Assembly (NCBI GenBank): GCA_051294905.1
Contig: CM119384.1
Span: 7,626,001 to 7,690,000 of the forward strand
Length of the DNA stretch: 64,000 nt
Source: Botryllus schlosseri
Lineage: Eukaryota
Direction: 5' to 3'
The position numbers were made by a program, and so were the translations under genes. Below the pieces are notes generated by a model. That model worked only from the letters and a program-made list of their open reading frames with translations. It ran no database searches and was not told the DNA's origin. Of this stretch, positions 13,101 through 28,800 are shown in pieces; positions within the stretch are counted from its first letter, which is position 1; the number at the start of each line of letters is the position of its first letter.

Positions 13101-16100
13101 CGTCAGAGAGGGGAATGTGATGCTTCAGTGCGTAGCCACTGTTGCCTGGTTTCAAACAAGCCGTCAACCATGGTTGTAAACCGCGCGGTTCTTCAGATAT
13201 CGAAAAATGGAAAATACATATAAAATTTACAAATGGGCGTGGTCAGTGAGTGGTCATCAAGGTCAAGATCATGATCAAGACTCAATCTGCCCCTACAGTC
13301 CGGTTTATGGGATAAAACAACGCGATATGCTTTCTTGTGTCATATCCAACCATTTGCAGGCATAGTAAACCTGTTTATGACTCATATGCCGACTGAATTT
13401 GCACTTGAACTTGACCTAGATCTTGAAAATCACTGAAGCGTGACCAAAATTTACTAATCCCCATCAGAAAACTCCCCAGAAAACGTTTTGATGTTTGAAA
13501 CGGTGAAAATTTACACAGAAAACCGTACGTGTCGAGTTCTGATGTTCTGGCAGATTTTCCGACAATATTTCCCACTCGGAAAATATCCGGAAGATTTAGG
13601 TGATACCCATATTGTATTTTATTTATAGTTTTTTGTTTATTTTTATAAACTAAAATTTTTGAGTAAGGTACCAAAAACATCGGAAAAGTCTCAGCTTTTA
13701 AAAAAATGTAGTACCCGATGTCTAGGGCGTGTCAACATGGAGAAATCGGTGTCGGAGACATGCCATATCATATATGATACGCCCACCTCGTAAGGGTTAA
13801 GAGTGCCAGTCTCAAAGCGTAGATTTTGCCGGAGGGTCGCATTCTCTTAGTTACTTGGTATTTAATCTGAGGCGTGTAAACTTCCGAAATCGCAAGATGT
13901 ATATTCGAGGGTAACGCAAAAGGAATAATAACCCTGTAAATAGATAGAATACAGGTGATACAGGTTTTATGCGACGCGGTCCTTACGACAATTTCACAGA
14001 TAAAAATGACGCAAACGTATCTCAAAACTACTTCCTACTTTTCGAAATCCAAAAAAGTAACTTGTTTTGCCAAAAAACTACTAAAGTAGGAGTGGAAATA
14101 GTTTAAAAACACAACCTCTTGAGTAGCAGTACAAGAAGACAAAGCTTACTGAAGTACTCCCAAAGAGTAGAAGTAATCTGTTACTGGGCAACTCTGCATT
14201 ACATAATACATTTGAAAAATATATTCATGAAAGATGAATATATTATTCAAATGTGAATATGAACATGTAATTCAAATGTATTATGAGGTCAGGTACTCCA
14301 AAGCGTCCATTTAACTCTACATTACTACCTACCACTACACTACCATTAACATTACACTCAAGGTGTTGCTAGTAGAATCAAGAAATCGGTTATCTTATCT
14401 ATATATCAAACTGATCGGTAAGATCTAATCTCGTTGACATTGTCACTATATCGTCACGACTATGACTTTTTTACCTCTCGCGCAACCCGAACCGGCTTGA
14501 TAAATTTATTATAACAGCCGCGTATAATCACGAACTCACAAGGTAGGTATCTTCCGGGCAATCTCTGACGCATTCTCCGTTGTGATACCGGTGTAGGCAC
14601 GCACGACACGCAGACGCGTTATTCCTCTCGATGCATCCTCCCAGACACTCTTCGTGACAGACGCATTGCCCGTCTTCGCAAGCGTTCGGACACTCCTTGG
14701 GACAAGCCTCTGAAATCACACATCGCCAGCGTTCTCAGCATTTATTATGCTTTAAAAGGTATATATGACACCACCCTAAACGTAGATATGACACCATCGT
14801 AAAGGTGGATATGGCACTACCGTGAAGGTGAATCACACCGCGCCAAGGCTCAATGAGTATTTGATGGTTTCGAACACATCCGTCCCGACTGCGTTGGCAA
14901 TTTTGACGCATGATACGATAATGTCGGCGGCAATTACTGTATGGTTCAGCATTTTGAGTTCGGGGAAATCGCAATTTGAGTGATTTAGGTTGGTTGTGAA
15001 CTCGGCAAGGGGCGTATGCCATATGTACGATCTGCGACATTCACAGAACTATAATCCGCGAGCTCGGCACTATCGTATTGTAAGTATGCGATATTGATTT
15101 TTCACGAGCAACTGTTTCAAACTATATTCCTGAGGGTAAAACCTTGGTCATGACGCATATTCATGCAACAAAGAGAAAACTGCTGTCTGCTGCATTCAAA
15201 TATTGATGCGGCACAGATTACATTACAATCGCAACCCAAAAGTATGGCGAGCAACAGGCAAGTGGGAGGTGGGCCTGTATACTATATATCTGCGATGCAG
15301 TGTCGGGATCAAGTCACTGTCGCGTCGACAGTCAATTCGAGTCACCGCAAATATTGACTCGAGTCAAGCAATCTCAAAGTTTGCGATTTGGAGTCAATTT
15401 CAAGTCATTAAATGATTTCAGTTTGAGTGGTTCGAGTTAATGTGTGGATCCAGTGCATATAGGCTAGACCGCGTCAACTTAGTCGTATTAAACCAACTAC
15501 GACGGTATGAGTCGCGGGTTATTTAAATACGTTACTAAGAATGCAAGGATAATACTCAATGCTCCATACTCCATAATCCTATGGCTTCACCATTAAATAC
15601 AAAATCGATGTACGCCTTCTCTATCGATTTGAAAGAAACGACCGTCTTCTGAAACATCGAAAAGTACATATCGTTATTCCGAATCGATCTGCCATTATGG
15701 GTGTTCGTAAATCCTATAAGTAATCTCGCTGATAGCCCAAGATTGATTCATACATGTATGATACGCAGATTTTCAGCTATGGATTCAAAGAAAAGTCACT
15801 TATTGTACAAATTTATACATGGTTGTATTGATCTTATAATGCCGGTGACGGCAAGTGATGACTAGGGCGATTTTTGCTTTACCTAAATAACGGAAGATTT
15901 TGAACTAAAAAAATCAAAATTTTAACATTTTTTTACTATAAAAAAACTTAATTTGACAAAATTTTGACCTCATGTATGTAAATTAGGTGTTTTCGCACCA
16001 GTTAGGATATTGCGGTACGTTGAGCATAACACCATGTCAACCTATGTGTTTCATTTTACCGTTTATGATTCACAATGAGCAGACAATGGGCCGTCTACAA

Positions 16101-19100
16101 CGGTAGGTTACAAGATGTAAAATGTCAAATGATAAGTTCACCGACAGTGCAAACATCTATGATACAAACGAAATACCGGTTGCAAAAAATGCAGACGTTG
16201 TAAACAATTTTGACAATTTTTTGACCTAACGCTACAGTTTTTTACAAAATTTTGACTTCTTTTAACACGTCAAAAAAATCGCCCTAGTGATGGCGCATTC
16301 GATTCTCAACGCGGCTGAGAGGTTCAAAATGCTTCATGACTTGAAAAATTAATCGTAAATTGGACTTCGAGTCAATTCAAGTCATTTTAAAGCAGCGACT
16401 CAAATCAAGTCAAGCCAAACCATTCCAAAAAAGGTGACTCTAGTCATACTCGGTTCTAGTCATGACTCGTATCGCTCCAGCACTGGTGCAATTTACATTG
16501 AACATGCGACAAGAATGCAGCGTAGTTATACAAAGACAATAACACGGACGAACTATGTTTCATAATAATAGTTTGCGGAAATGTATGACAAGAATATGGA
16601 CATCCGTAAGTATGGAGAAAAATGATCTCAAATAAATAATTACCTCATTCCCGAAGTCAAGTTTCCAAAAATAAACATAAACACGAGACCAATGTACCTT
16701 ATATAAGCAATTGGCATTTAAATAATCAGTCATATCGACTGATGTGTTTAAAAGAGATTCCATCAATTGATCTTGAATCGCGCGAATTCATGAAAACTCG
16801 GCTACAATAAATATACAGACATTGTGACATGGGAAATGTCGATATCGGCGGTATGTAAGCATCATAATTGCTTTTATCTGCCAACTATCAGACATTATCT
16901 CAACGTAATACCAATGTTAATATTATGTTAGTATACCATAACCATTTTATCGTAGATATTACTCTTGAATTATTTGGGTGTTTCAAACCTCACCAAGGTA
17001 TGAAGCGAGAGTCTATTTCTATCTTGACGACATTCATTAAAGTTTCACATACTTAGTGGGGAACGACATCTACACACCGCTTCATAGTTAGAGGTTACCA
17101 TACGTCCTACTTTAGGATGATTTGTCCTCCTTTTTGGGATTTTGTTCTCTTTTTTTAGAATTTTGGTTAGACACATGCCAAAATTCGACCGAGATTTGCT
17201 TGTGTCGACATCATATAGTGCACTATGATTCAACCAAAAAGCGGCCAGGGGTGGCGATGAGCACTTGAGCATCAGCGAAGTTTTTCGATGTGTGGGGGCT
17301 TTCATAGTTGATCTTAGTCAAAGTAGCAAATTGTGCACAATATCTGAAGTTTCATTAGCTTCTTTTTTCATTAGCTTCATTAGCTTGATGAGATTCTTAA
17401 TAGTTTTTCATTAGCTTCATTTATTCATTAGCTCGTTTCGTTAGCTTTTCACTAGCTTCAATGTACAAAATAAAGACACCCGGAGGCTGGAGCTCAGGAC
17501 ACGTTCGACGGTTGTTACATCACAACGAAATTCCAACCAAGTCACAATCATGTATATCTCCAATTACCCAAACTAAAACAGTACAAGACTTCATATACGT
17601 TGGAATTAAAGAAGTATTAAAATAATGTTGTGTTGCTTATACCAAAGAAGGTATTTTATGATACGCGTAAAGCGTAATCAGTATCTGTATTAGAAAAACT
17701 CTAGAACGAAAATGGGCCGTGCTACATATCGGCAGATCAGAAATCATAATAATGAGTATCGGCCTGGTGTAAATGGCCATAGCAGTCAAAACACCATAAA
17801 TACCAAAACAACAACAAGGTATTTTACATCACAAGCTATTAATTTCACCAACCAACACCAGCAAATTGATTAATTTTGTTAAGTACTATAAGACATTTAC
17901 AACATTAAGCTAATTGGCATGAATTATTGTACAATATACGGTTTCTTGATGCAACTACAAAATCGATTAAATCCTGTAAAACATTGGTGTAAGTCGATAA
18001 GTTATCCATGTTAATGGGATATTCTTTCGCTGTGCAATGGTTCTCCTTATCTCATCTCAATAATGGTCCCAGTGCCGTAAAATCCATCCAAGGCGGTTAT
18101 GGGGTCACGTGATTTTGAGGATACAGCGCCAAAATAACTTCCCGCCATTTTACAGAGGCCAATGATACACAGCATGTATAGCACACTTGAAAGAGAACGT
18201 TGCAAAATGGCTGCAAGAGACGACGCCCTTCAGCATATTTTTAATCCGCCAACGCTACAATAAGGTGTTCCTTTCACGTAAATTTGGTGGACCGAAAGCG
18301 AAAAAAGTTTTCTTGTTTGATTTTTAACAAACAAATCCGAGAAATTGCCGTTTACAGTAACAGCGCTCGCACGTGATGCGGTTAAGCAAGATGATCTTCG
18401 GGTCCTATTATAAATCCAGTTGAAATAAATATAGGACCCAATTTCAGACTGACATCCTATCGGAAAACATTGGAAACACCCGACATTGTCCGGTGGCACT
18501 TCACGTCATGTTATTACGCGTAAAGGCAGCGACATCGACCTGGTCATTGTTAGACTGGTATAGATTATATTGGCAGTCTACTCAGAAGATGCAATCATGC
18601 AAAATGTCATTCATGTTGATACAATAATACCGCGATCGCGATAATCTCTAGTTATCGGTGTCAAGGATATCGAAGACCCCTCGTACGAAAACGTTCCCGG
18701 GCTCGTTAGAGCCAAGGCGCTGATAAAACGTAATAATCGTAGGATTAAGGAGAATATATTCGGATGACATGCCACTGATGGCCATTATCGCGGAATGCTT
18801 CTACGAAATTAGAATGCGGTCAGCCAACTCAAAACGCACGCCACGGCGTTGAGTTGTTATATAAACTTTTATCAACGATCCTGGTACAATTGTATTGTGA
18901 TATTCTCCATTTTCGTCGGTATACGGAGCAAACATTCCAGTACCAAATTAGTCATTTACTCATTACTATAGCGCCACGTAGCAATCGCACTCGCTCTTTT
19001 ATTCGCGTCTACAATCAATAGCCGAAACATAAGCCGAGCGAGTTGAACCAAACTCGGATGACCCTAACTGGAAAACACATCACTCTGGTACATTTGTATT

Positions 19101-22100
19101 TGTTTTGATTCGGACATATTTCAGGCGATATATCGGCAAATACGATTTGCAGAGATTAAACCGTATAGCATAATTTTGGAATCCGGATCGGGCAGGAAAC
19201 GGGAAGTTCAGAGTAGCGCGAAAAGACGCGTTTTATCAATTAAGACTTCGCGACAGCGTGATCACAATATTTACCTGGTCGACAGAAATCTGGCCGCATC
19301 CTTTACGGGATGCGGATTAAGGATACTGCATTAAAACCGGTTGCTGTTCGGCACGTGGTTACGCATTTCCAGTGTTCGCCACGGCTGCGCCAGTCAATGT
19401 AAAGCTTGCAGAATATAATTTGTGTATAGTGAACCACACTCATTACTATAGGCCAGGGGCGGGCAACTTCTGCAGTCGGAGGGCCGGATTCCTGAATCTA
19501 TAATTAATCGTTTTATTCATCCACCCATACCGGCAATATATCATATTTAACGTGAATTTTAACTTGGGAGCATAGAGACCGAAAACAGTATATTTTAATG
19601 AATTTATTGACGTAATGTACTTCAATAGCTGCTGCAGTCAATGAGATCTGTGGTCGATCAAAGTTGTCAACAAATTCTTTGAACTCTGGTTGCATGCAGC
19701 CGTAGACAACCTTAATAAATACTGCACTTGAGGATCAGTTGGATTGGAACGCACCTTTGCCTGTTCATTTTAATGGTCGAAAATGTTTGCTCGCAAATGT
19801 ATGAAGACCCGCCCGAACAGAGCAAGTACTTACGTGACTATCTTTCACCGGCCGCGGGCCATATTATCATGCAAGACCGGAAAATCTCTGCGGGACGCTC
19901 AAAATCCTTTCCGGCCCGCGGGCCTAATGTTGCCCCCCTCTGCCATAAGCCTATTGCCTATCATTCTTGATACTTCCACGGGTGGAAGGAGTAAATTCAG
20001 AGGTATATGGTGAAAGCAGTCAGCGTTGCTACTCAAGTAGAACCGCAAATATCAAAGTTTAAAGAACGTCAGAACTAATTTTAGTTTACTAGTAGAGAAG
20101 GAAAGGCCTGGAAACTTCAGAGGTAACTAGTTTCAAAAAGTACATTCGGATGAGGGATCGCATACTTTTAGAAGTTAATCGGATGTGACTATACTTTCGG
20201 AATTGCAATATGTATCTCATTTTGTCGTCCGCTATTGTAGCTTGTAAAAAGTGTCCAGTGTCCACTTTACAGATCTCAAAATAGGTTAGCCTTGCTATAT
20301 CTCATTAGTGCACTAATGCCATGGCTGTTATAGTTGCGACATTATTGACTATATCATAACTCTGATGGATTAAATCCCGGTGGTTTTACACGACGCCCCC
20401 TAAAACAGGTATCGAGGACGTCCCCGATTGGTATCGGCATGAGATAAAATATCGAAATTACAGAAGAATACCAACCAGGCACGAAATGAATAAGCTACGG
20501 GCAAACAAATTCAAAACAAGTTCAAACATTGCGTTTTCAGCGGATACAACACCATTTCCCTCTAATTTAATTATAGCACCTTTGGCATAGTGCGGCCGAC
20601 CGCCAACAAAGACCCGCGTCCTGACTATATATTACAGTACAAATATAGACGGGCGGAATGGTTCGAAGATGCCTCTCCTCGGGCGAGTTTCTGTTTATCT
20701 GCTTTCCAGCGAAACGAAACGAGCCACAGATACGCCATAGTATTCAAAATTTCCTGACAGACCATGCCCAAAGTGCGTTGAAGACATCGGCTCGTGTATA
20801 TAGATGCGAATCATATGTTGCTAACGGAACAGACTCAAGTGTTATGTCGGACATGACTAAACTGATTTGGATTAAACTATAACCAGAATATGGTTGTTTT
20901 TCCGAGCCACTACCGCGAAGCGTATATTTTTCCGCATGTGGCGAAAAACAACACAGCAATTACAATCGCGGCCAACAATCGGAGATCGTAAACCAATCGA
21001 GCCAATTACCGCGCAGTTCGTATCATTTAAATAAGGCGAAGGCAAGCGGTCCTTTGCCGCTTGTCAATAATGACTTGCCAAAACCAGAAAGAAGTTCAAA
21101 ACGGGTCGACCGCTCGCGCTGTGAACATATGTGTAGCCCATTTCGATATGTCCCCATGTCCAAGGCAAATTTGCATGGGTGCGATTCCTAGAGTTACTTT
21201 CGAAAAAAGGGGACAAGTGTGCATCAATGATTCTTTGTGCATGCTCGGCATGTGGTTAATGTTGTCTTTGGCAGTTCTTTGTGTTTCTACTGCATTGGTA
21301 TTTCCACACCAGACCTGTATGTGGCGAGATAGCGTAGTGGTATAATTAGGGTTGCATTTAAAACAAAAATAAAATTAAAACAAACATGTTTAAAACAAGG
21401 CCCCAATTTAAAACATGTTTTTGTTTTTGTTGTTTTTTGTTTTGTTTTTTGTTTTAAAGCCATCACGTCACGAATGTTCAATCGTGACGTCATAGTGGAT
21501 TGACATTGACAATTGAAAATATAGGGTAAATATAGCTCCTTTGACGAAATATCTGTACTATGTTGAACCCTTTATTTGAGGGTTCCAACCATCCCATATC
21601 AATATACGACGGCTGTATCGGTGGTAATTGTCCGTAGGCTCATATAACATGTTTTTGGAGAGTATTTACACGGTTATGACATAATTTTACAGCTAAAAAA
21701 ACACAATTTTTTTTTTTAAAGGCCTTTGTTTAAAACACTTTGTTTTAAAAGCAATCCTAGGTTTAATCCACAGTTACAACACCAATGGATTGTGGGTTCG
21801 AGTTCGACTCCAGAATTCCTACCTCGGTGTTGGAGGTAGGCTCCTCCTCGCCATCTCATCCGTGTAAGCGGTGTCTTACAAAAAGGCTAGAAGTAGACCG
21901 TGTTTAAAGTCGGCAGATACGGAATCAAAAATAAGGAATTTCGGCCTGATGTAAGAGTTAATGACCATGGTATAGTCGACAAACACCATGAATACCACAA
22001 ACAAGAACAACAACCAGGGATACATTGATAATTTTGATTCCTGAACTGACTTGTTGCACGGCGGACTTCCTTTCTAGACTTTCATAAGACGCCGATCTTG

Positions 22101-22768
22101 CGGATTAGATCGCGAAAAGGAGCCTATATAGATAAACCTCCAACACTTCCTTAGGTATTCCGTCGCCGACCACGGTCCGACGTGAATTCGTAATCCATTG
22201 TTGTGTTGCAGGTGTGCAATCTACCTCTACGCTATCTCGCCGGGTATGTAAGTCAAATTTATAACTCCCAATGATATCTACGTGTCCCGCTTTAGCGGTC
22301 GCCGCACCTGAAATTATTGCATGCATGGCCCGAAACTCTTATCACTGCGGACTCCACGCGGATTCACACGAGAGGTGTGTCAAACGCCTCGCACTTGTTC
22401 GAATTGCGAACGTAAATACCGCCAGACCCGACGTGTCGGCAATTACAATCCTTTGTCCCATATCAATCGCATGTCATCTTTCAATCTAACGTCGTTATTT
22501 TTTCGCAGATAGACGAGGCAAATTCCCGTTAACAATGGTCTCAAATATTAAAAGGCGCATAAGTACGGTTGGAGGCGGTCGCATGTAAGGCTTAGGGAAT
22601 GAAAAAATAAAGTGCGATCCGCATTCCATACAGACCAGTACTGAATGGCGCAGAAGAAATAAAAATAATACGTTAATTAGCTGAAAAAAGGGCACCGATC
22701 TGACCAATGTCAACATCAAAACGAATCCTTGGAAGAAATGGAGGTACTGGCGTCGGTATTTGTTGCTT

Positions 22769-22807
<39 letters not shown>

Positions 22808-25800
22808 GGAGGAGGCAAGGTATTAAGTCCCAACCCAAAAATGGTAAAATGTATATTGTTATCTACGGACAGCATATATATACTGGAACACTTTTACGGG
22901 ATAATAGCATCTTCGCATCAAAAAATATAGGTCACCATAATTTTAATTGCTATGCGATTGGTTCGCGGTTCAGACAATCGTCATAAGCGGGAAAACGTTT
23001 TGACTCATGCGCCACACTTGATCTCATTGGAATTCGCAGATGAAAGTGAAATCCCGTAAGAGGTGTTGTGAACAACATTTGCATATTCTCAAGCTCTAAC
23101 AAGAGCGTATGCGCTGAAGATGGTAATCTCCATTATCCCAACATCCCAACAGTCCCGATAAACAAGCGAGCCCACCCATCACTTGCTACCCACATGCATT
23201 CCGAAATCATATCATCACTAATATCAATTCTATATCTATAGGTTAACCGCTACTTATAAAAAAATCGGTACCGGGAAAAACATATAAGCTCTCGTCACGA
23301 ATATGACGAATGCAAAAAGAGTAACTAGAACTACAAATAATATCGTTATGTGGTCAAATGCCTATGAAACGATTACTATTACGACTCCATATCCATATCT
23401 ACGAGGAGAAAATGCGATGCTCAAAGCAGAACACAAAGATTCTCAAGGATATCTACATTTAGTTTTATACCCACAGTTCCCGACACCCCGCACTAAGCCC
23501 TGCCCGTTGCCATTTGGGGGAAGCGTAAGATGGAAAATGATCTTGAACAGCGTCGTATTTTCGCCGAATTCCACCAGCAATTACGGCTTTTCGCCGAAAG
23601 GTGTTTGCGCAGCAACGCAGACAAATCTTCGATACCGCAACGAATGGATCATCAATCATCATGTTACACTGCGGGAGACATCATGCACCAACTCTTCACA
23701 TTCAAATGGCATATATGATACTTCCGTCTATGATTGTGATTGCACGATGCACAATGCACGCGTATACCAACCACGAAAAGACGCAAAAAATACGTAGCAT
23801 GGATCAAGGGTGCCGTGTCTGAGGGTTGCTCATCTCACTATGCAGACAAATGAAATCCAGACGCAAACGATAGAACCCAGTCATCGACCGAGACGCTTTC
23901 CGCGTTAATTAAATAACGATCGTGATTCACAATTACGATAGGAACCTTAGAGGCAGCCTTTCGTACGTAAAATATAGGCTTGGGCGGGAGTCAGAATTTG
24001 GGAGGCGCATTTGAAAAATTGAAAACGGAAAACCAGTGTGATGTGACGGACGCATTGTGACGCCGTGAGAACATATATCGTCACAATATCAAAAACAAAG
24101 GTATTTGCCACACCCTACCCTGACTATATGCTGCGGCCTGGAAATGGTGAAAGCTTGTAAAGTAAATATGGGAACCCACCAAAACGAATGGATACTAATA
24201 CGCAAGAGTATCCAAGAATCAAACAAATAACTCCAAGAACATCAACCGAATTTGTGAGAAAACGCATATCACACACGTAGATAGATCGATATCAGGCCTT
24301 GTAAATGGAAGTGTGTTGCATTACGCTGCTACATATTACTGACGCAAGATATGGAAACCTATACCACCATACGTACTACGATAATAATCGATCACAATGC
24401 ATTCATTTCGAGATTTCCATCGAAAACAACGCGCCAGCGAAGCCAACCGGGGCCAATCGAAATTAGAAGCCGCACGCACAGCCACCATGAAATCAAAGTC
24501 ATGTGTACGATGTTATCGTCATAACTAACCATATCTGATCTCATCTGCGGTCGGTCTTATCGAACTGCCGTAGCAGAAATAGTTAGGAATCCATCAAGTG
24601 ACGGCTAATTCCGCACAGCAGCTCAGGTGTGAAATGGACTTTTGCACCCCCGTAAAAGATGTCTATCGTTGCGACGTCACGCGAAATGCGGCTTCACGTT
24701 ACTGTGAGATCACGGACGCACATTGGCTAAGTCAGCGGATAAAGAAATGTTTACGAAACTGTTTTTGCGAAACGCCCAAGGTATCAAACTAAATGTATTG
24801 CTATGATCGATTACACAGTAAGGACACTTTATTGGAATACATGACTAGCATGAAGAATCGAACCACCATACCTTCGAGAAGGTCTTGAAAATGTTCGCCG
24901 TACATAAGCAGCAAATAAGCCTTTATCACTGGTATAAATCTATTTGATGTAACAAACTGGAGAATTAGAAATATTCAGACCAAGCCAAATTGAGCTGATA
25001 CAGAGCGATTGACCTTAAACAGTGCTGATTTCAACACAATTTACAATTATCTTCGTAGAAAATGCAGACACCGTCAGGGAAAAATATCGTGCAAGGCAAT
25101 TTCCCTTCCAAGTCCATGATATTTTGTCGTGGAGCAGTCAACTTCAATATCGTATGTGTTCAGAATTTGCGCTCAAGAAGCCTCACTGGCTAACAAATAT
25201 GTTCATTGATTGATTGGTTGTTTAGAAACTTCATCGCTAAATTTTGCAAACAGTTTTCTATAATAGTTCACAGCGACCCCGATCGCCAAGTTTGAGCCCC
25301 TTCCCGGGCGCCCCTGCGGTGGTGCTGGCACCTCTGTACTTAAATGACTATACTCACTGGTCAATAGTTGGGCTTTGCTGGAAAGAGTACCTAGAACTTG
25401 ACAAAGTCGTCAGTTGTGTGCAGGACAAACGCACACACAACTAGCGGCAAATCACGTCATATTTAGACGTGACACAGATGGCAGAGATATAGCCTATAGG
25501 GGTTCTAGATATCCCTGCAGAGATGGTCTGCCGAAAATATGCTCTAAAATGCATAAGAGGTAGAATCAAACAGTGGAACAGAGAATGCGAATAGGGCGTT
25601 ATATATTTTTGTCTTTGATGTTTCTTTTGCGGCATGTACGCTGACTCATGATGCACGATCTGTGCGCATATGCATAACATGATGGGCATATGCCGTTGGA
25701 CAATGAAGGTGAAGACTGAAGACATATAGCTTTGTAAGGATTTCTTTGTCTCGCATCACCCCTCCATGCTACATTCCGCAAAGCAGTTATCCCCGTTTCA

Positions 25801-28800
25801 ACTCGAATGTTTTCCTCGAAATTCCGAGTATCGATACTAATGCCGACGATTAGATAACACGCAAATATTTTCGGAGGTAACTTGTGCAAATCGAAACCTA
25901 AATATTTATCTAACATCGGCCGGTGTATAGGTACACCGAAAGAAACGAATTTGCATCGAGCCGGAAAGAGCGCTTTCATTTCGGAAGGGACAGACCACCA
26001 CTGAGGCAGCTAGGTTTAGTATTTACGCAACAACGCTGTGAAAATCGCAGCACCGCAAAGGATAAACTAGTGACAGTCCAATAAACATTCAAGTCGAATA
26101 CATCACGTCGATATGAATCTATCATTACATAACACTGCAAAGTATGTAAGTATATATAAATTTGCGTAATATACTCACGTTTCTGGCATATCTCGTGTCC
26201 CCAACAGTGTTCGGAGACAGTGCCACTATTGTCCACACACTTCCCATCGTCGCTGCATTGATCAAGGCAAGATTCTTCCCTGGATAATGCGTTGTCGCTG
26301 ATTACCTTGTCGCTCTGAAAAAAAGCTCGCGACTTTGAGTAAACTCGCTTCTGTGTGGGTTGCTTTGAGAATTGACAGTATAGCGACGGATTATCGCGAT
26401 GCCATTCATAATGTACGCGTATAGCGTTGCGCCGGATTCGGGATGCAATTTTTCTACAGGATGGATATAACGACTGTACAATCGCTACAACGTATGGCCG
26501 GCAGCATTGGTCCACCCTATATAGTTTGACTGGTTTTCCAGTAAGGGAGAAATTCCGAGGTGGTCAATTAAGAAGTACTTCTACTGTTTCGCAGTACTCA
26601 AGTAGGTTTTGCTGACTTGCACTTCTTCCACGCGAGATTATTATTTTCATACTACTTCTACTTCTATATTTAAGAGTTTTCAGTTTCTTAAACCCCGCCT
26701 AGAATACCTACATTTTGCATACTTGGAAATCACTACTTCTATACTTTTGTTAAGTAGAAATTTACGTCATCACTCCTACTCCTACTTGAGTACCTGCGAT
26801 GACTATACTTTGCCCATCTCTGATATTCTGATCGGGGTCATCGCATTAGCAAAGTTCCAATATCATTGTATTATATATTAATCATGCATCACCTGTCGCA
26901 ATTCAACAAGGAAACGGGCAAGGAATATTGGATGTCAGACTATTCGTAGGCAGAAATGACCATTGCAGTAGGGTAATCAGCGGCATTGAAGATTGCTCAC
27001 GGACTACTCAAGGATAGTAGGCCCACCTATGAATTGCGAGTTATCTGTGTATTTTGCATATGCTGTCAGATAAATCTAATCTGCCGTATCGCGAATGATG
27101 CAATAATGTGAAGCCTTTTCGCTGAAATATAATATTACTAGGAGGGCGTTTTGTGTACCTCTTTATCGAGACTTGATATGGGACATGGCAGCAAAAAGAA
27201 TATCGCAGCGAACGTAACAATGGTTCTCCGCATCACAACACGAAACCGCGCATTGCAATAAAATAAAGTTGGGATACAATTGGAAAAGATGTAGTGTAGA
27301 TTTTATGGCTTATTTATTGCCAATAGTCCCATACACTGCTCCACGGGCTTATAATACCCTGTTGTAGTATCCCAAAGTTTTCGCGTCGACGGATATATAG
27401 GTTTATGTACGTACACCACAGTATCGGGAATGGCTCATCTAACACCGCCGACTACACCACTTACACGCAGTTATTGCCGTGATTGTTCGCACTAAAGATG
27501 CGTGCCAAATTCGACCCCAAAATTACATATAATAAGCAACTTGACACGGATTTTGAATTGGGCGCATATATCATATATATTTCTAACACGAACGGGGCAA
27601 AATGGTAGTCAAGAAATCTAAATTTACAGTTGCACAATGTGCAATGCACATGCGCATCTTCAAAATAAGTGAAGTTATGACGGACAGACTTCATCTTATC
27701 TGCCTAAATATATAATGTGGAAAAGCGCGCATATAGGGGTATCGGAGTCCCGATGCTTCACGCCTGGGCGATCAGCGCCGCGCACAGCAGCGCATGCGCT
27801 ATAAACCGGCCTCAATCCGTATCAAATACAAAATCCGTTTAGAGACGAACCGCAACCATTACGAGATTGCGTTTAATTCAATCTGCTTGTTGGCAATACA
27901 CAATATCCTCGTGTAATCTCTTTTAGGCTAATGAGAAATTCGTTTCGCCGCATCGATATTACCATCTAATTGTGTTTCCGCTCTTACGATCGAAAGGAAA
28001 GCTAAAACATGTATGCGCCAATGCAACGAAAAGCAGTGTGGTTTCTTCTGGTATATATTATATTATAGATATAATACGATAATGGAAGTCGTGTGCCTTA
28101 CCCAAGCCGCGAAGTCATATCACTATCATACCGCAACAATTCTATTCTCATTTGAGCCAGGCAATTTTAGCCGACATTAGTTAGGCGCAAACTTTGGTTG
28201 AAATACTGGTTACTAGGGATGGTATGAACCTCTGAAAGGTTCAGGTTCGTGTGAACGCGAACCTTTTTGAAAGGTTCTGTGTGAACACGAACGTGAACCT
28301 CATGATGTCACGTGACGTCATATTGCTAATTCCCACCCTACATTTCAGTGAAGTGATATATATTAATGTACTAGATACCTAGCGACGACTCGGGCTACAT
28401 AATGCCACAGTGCTGAAGTACATACTGACTTTTTAAACATCGCCAATTGTAGCAACTGGAGCAGTCAAATCATATAATAATCCCATAAAATCAATTTCCT
28501 CCGTCGCTTTGCCAACAATTTCGACGAGAACTTGCAAGGGTAAGCCTACGCCTTAACGGTTTAGGCCAGACCGGACAATTTATTCGGCGTCTGAGTGTTG
28601 CTACGTTGATGTTGAGCATAGTGTAAAACGGGTTTCACCCCATTAACAAGTTATTCAGCAGTAGTTAACACCCCGATCGTACGGATTTGGTTTTTATGAT
28701 ACAATCAACGTATGAAATCAAGATGTAGCGTATTTTGCACTTGATGTTGTGTGATTGAGGGTCAAGCTCACTTCAGAGAATCACTAAATATTCACAAACA

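Noticed and set aside
23303-23797. 164-aa plus-strand ORF as a nested gene
   Set aside because: No recognisable domain and no supporting splice partners; a homology search would be needed
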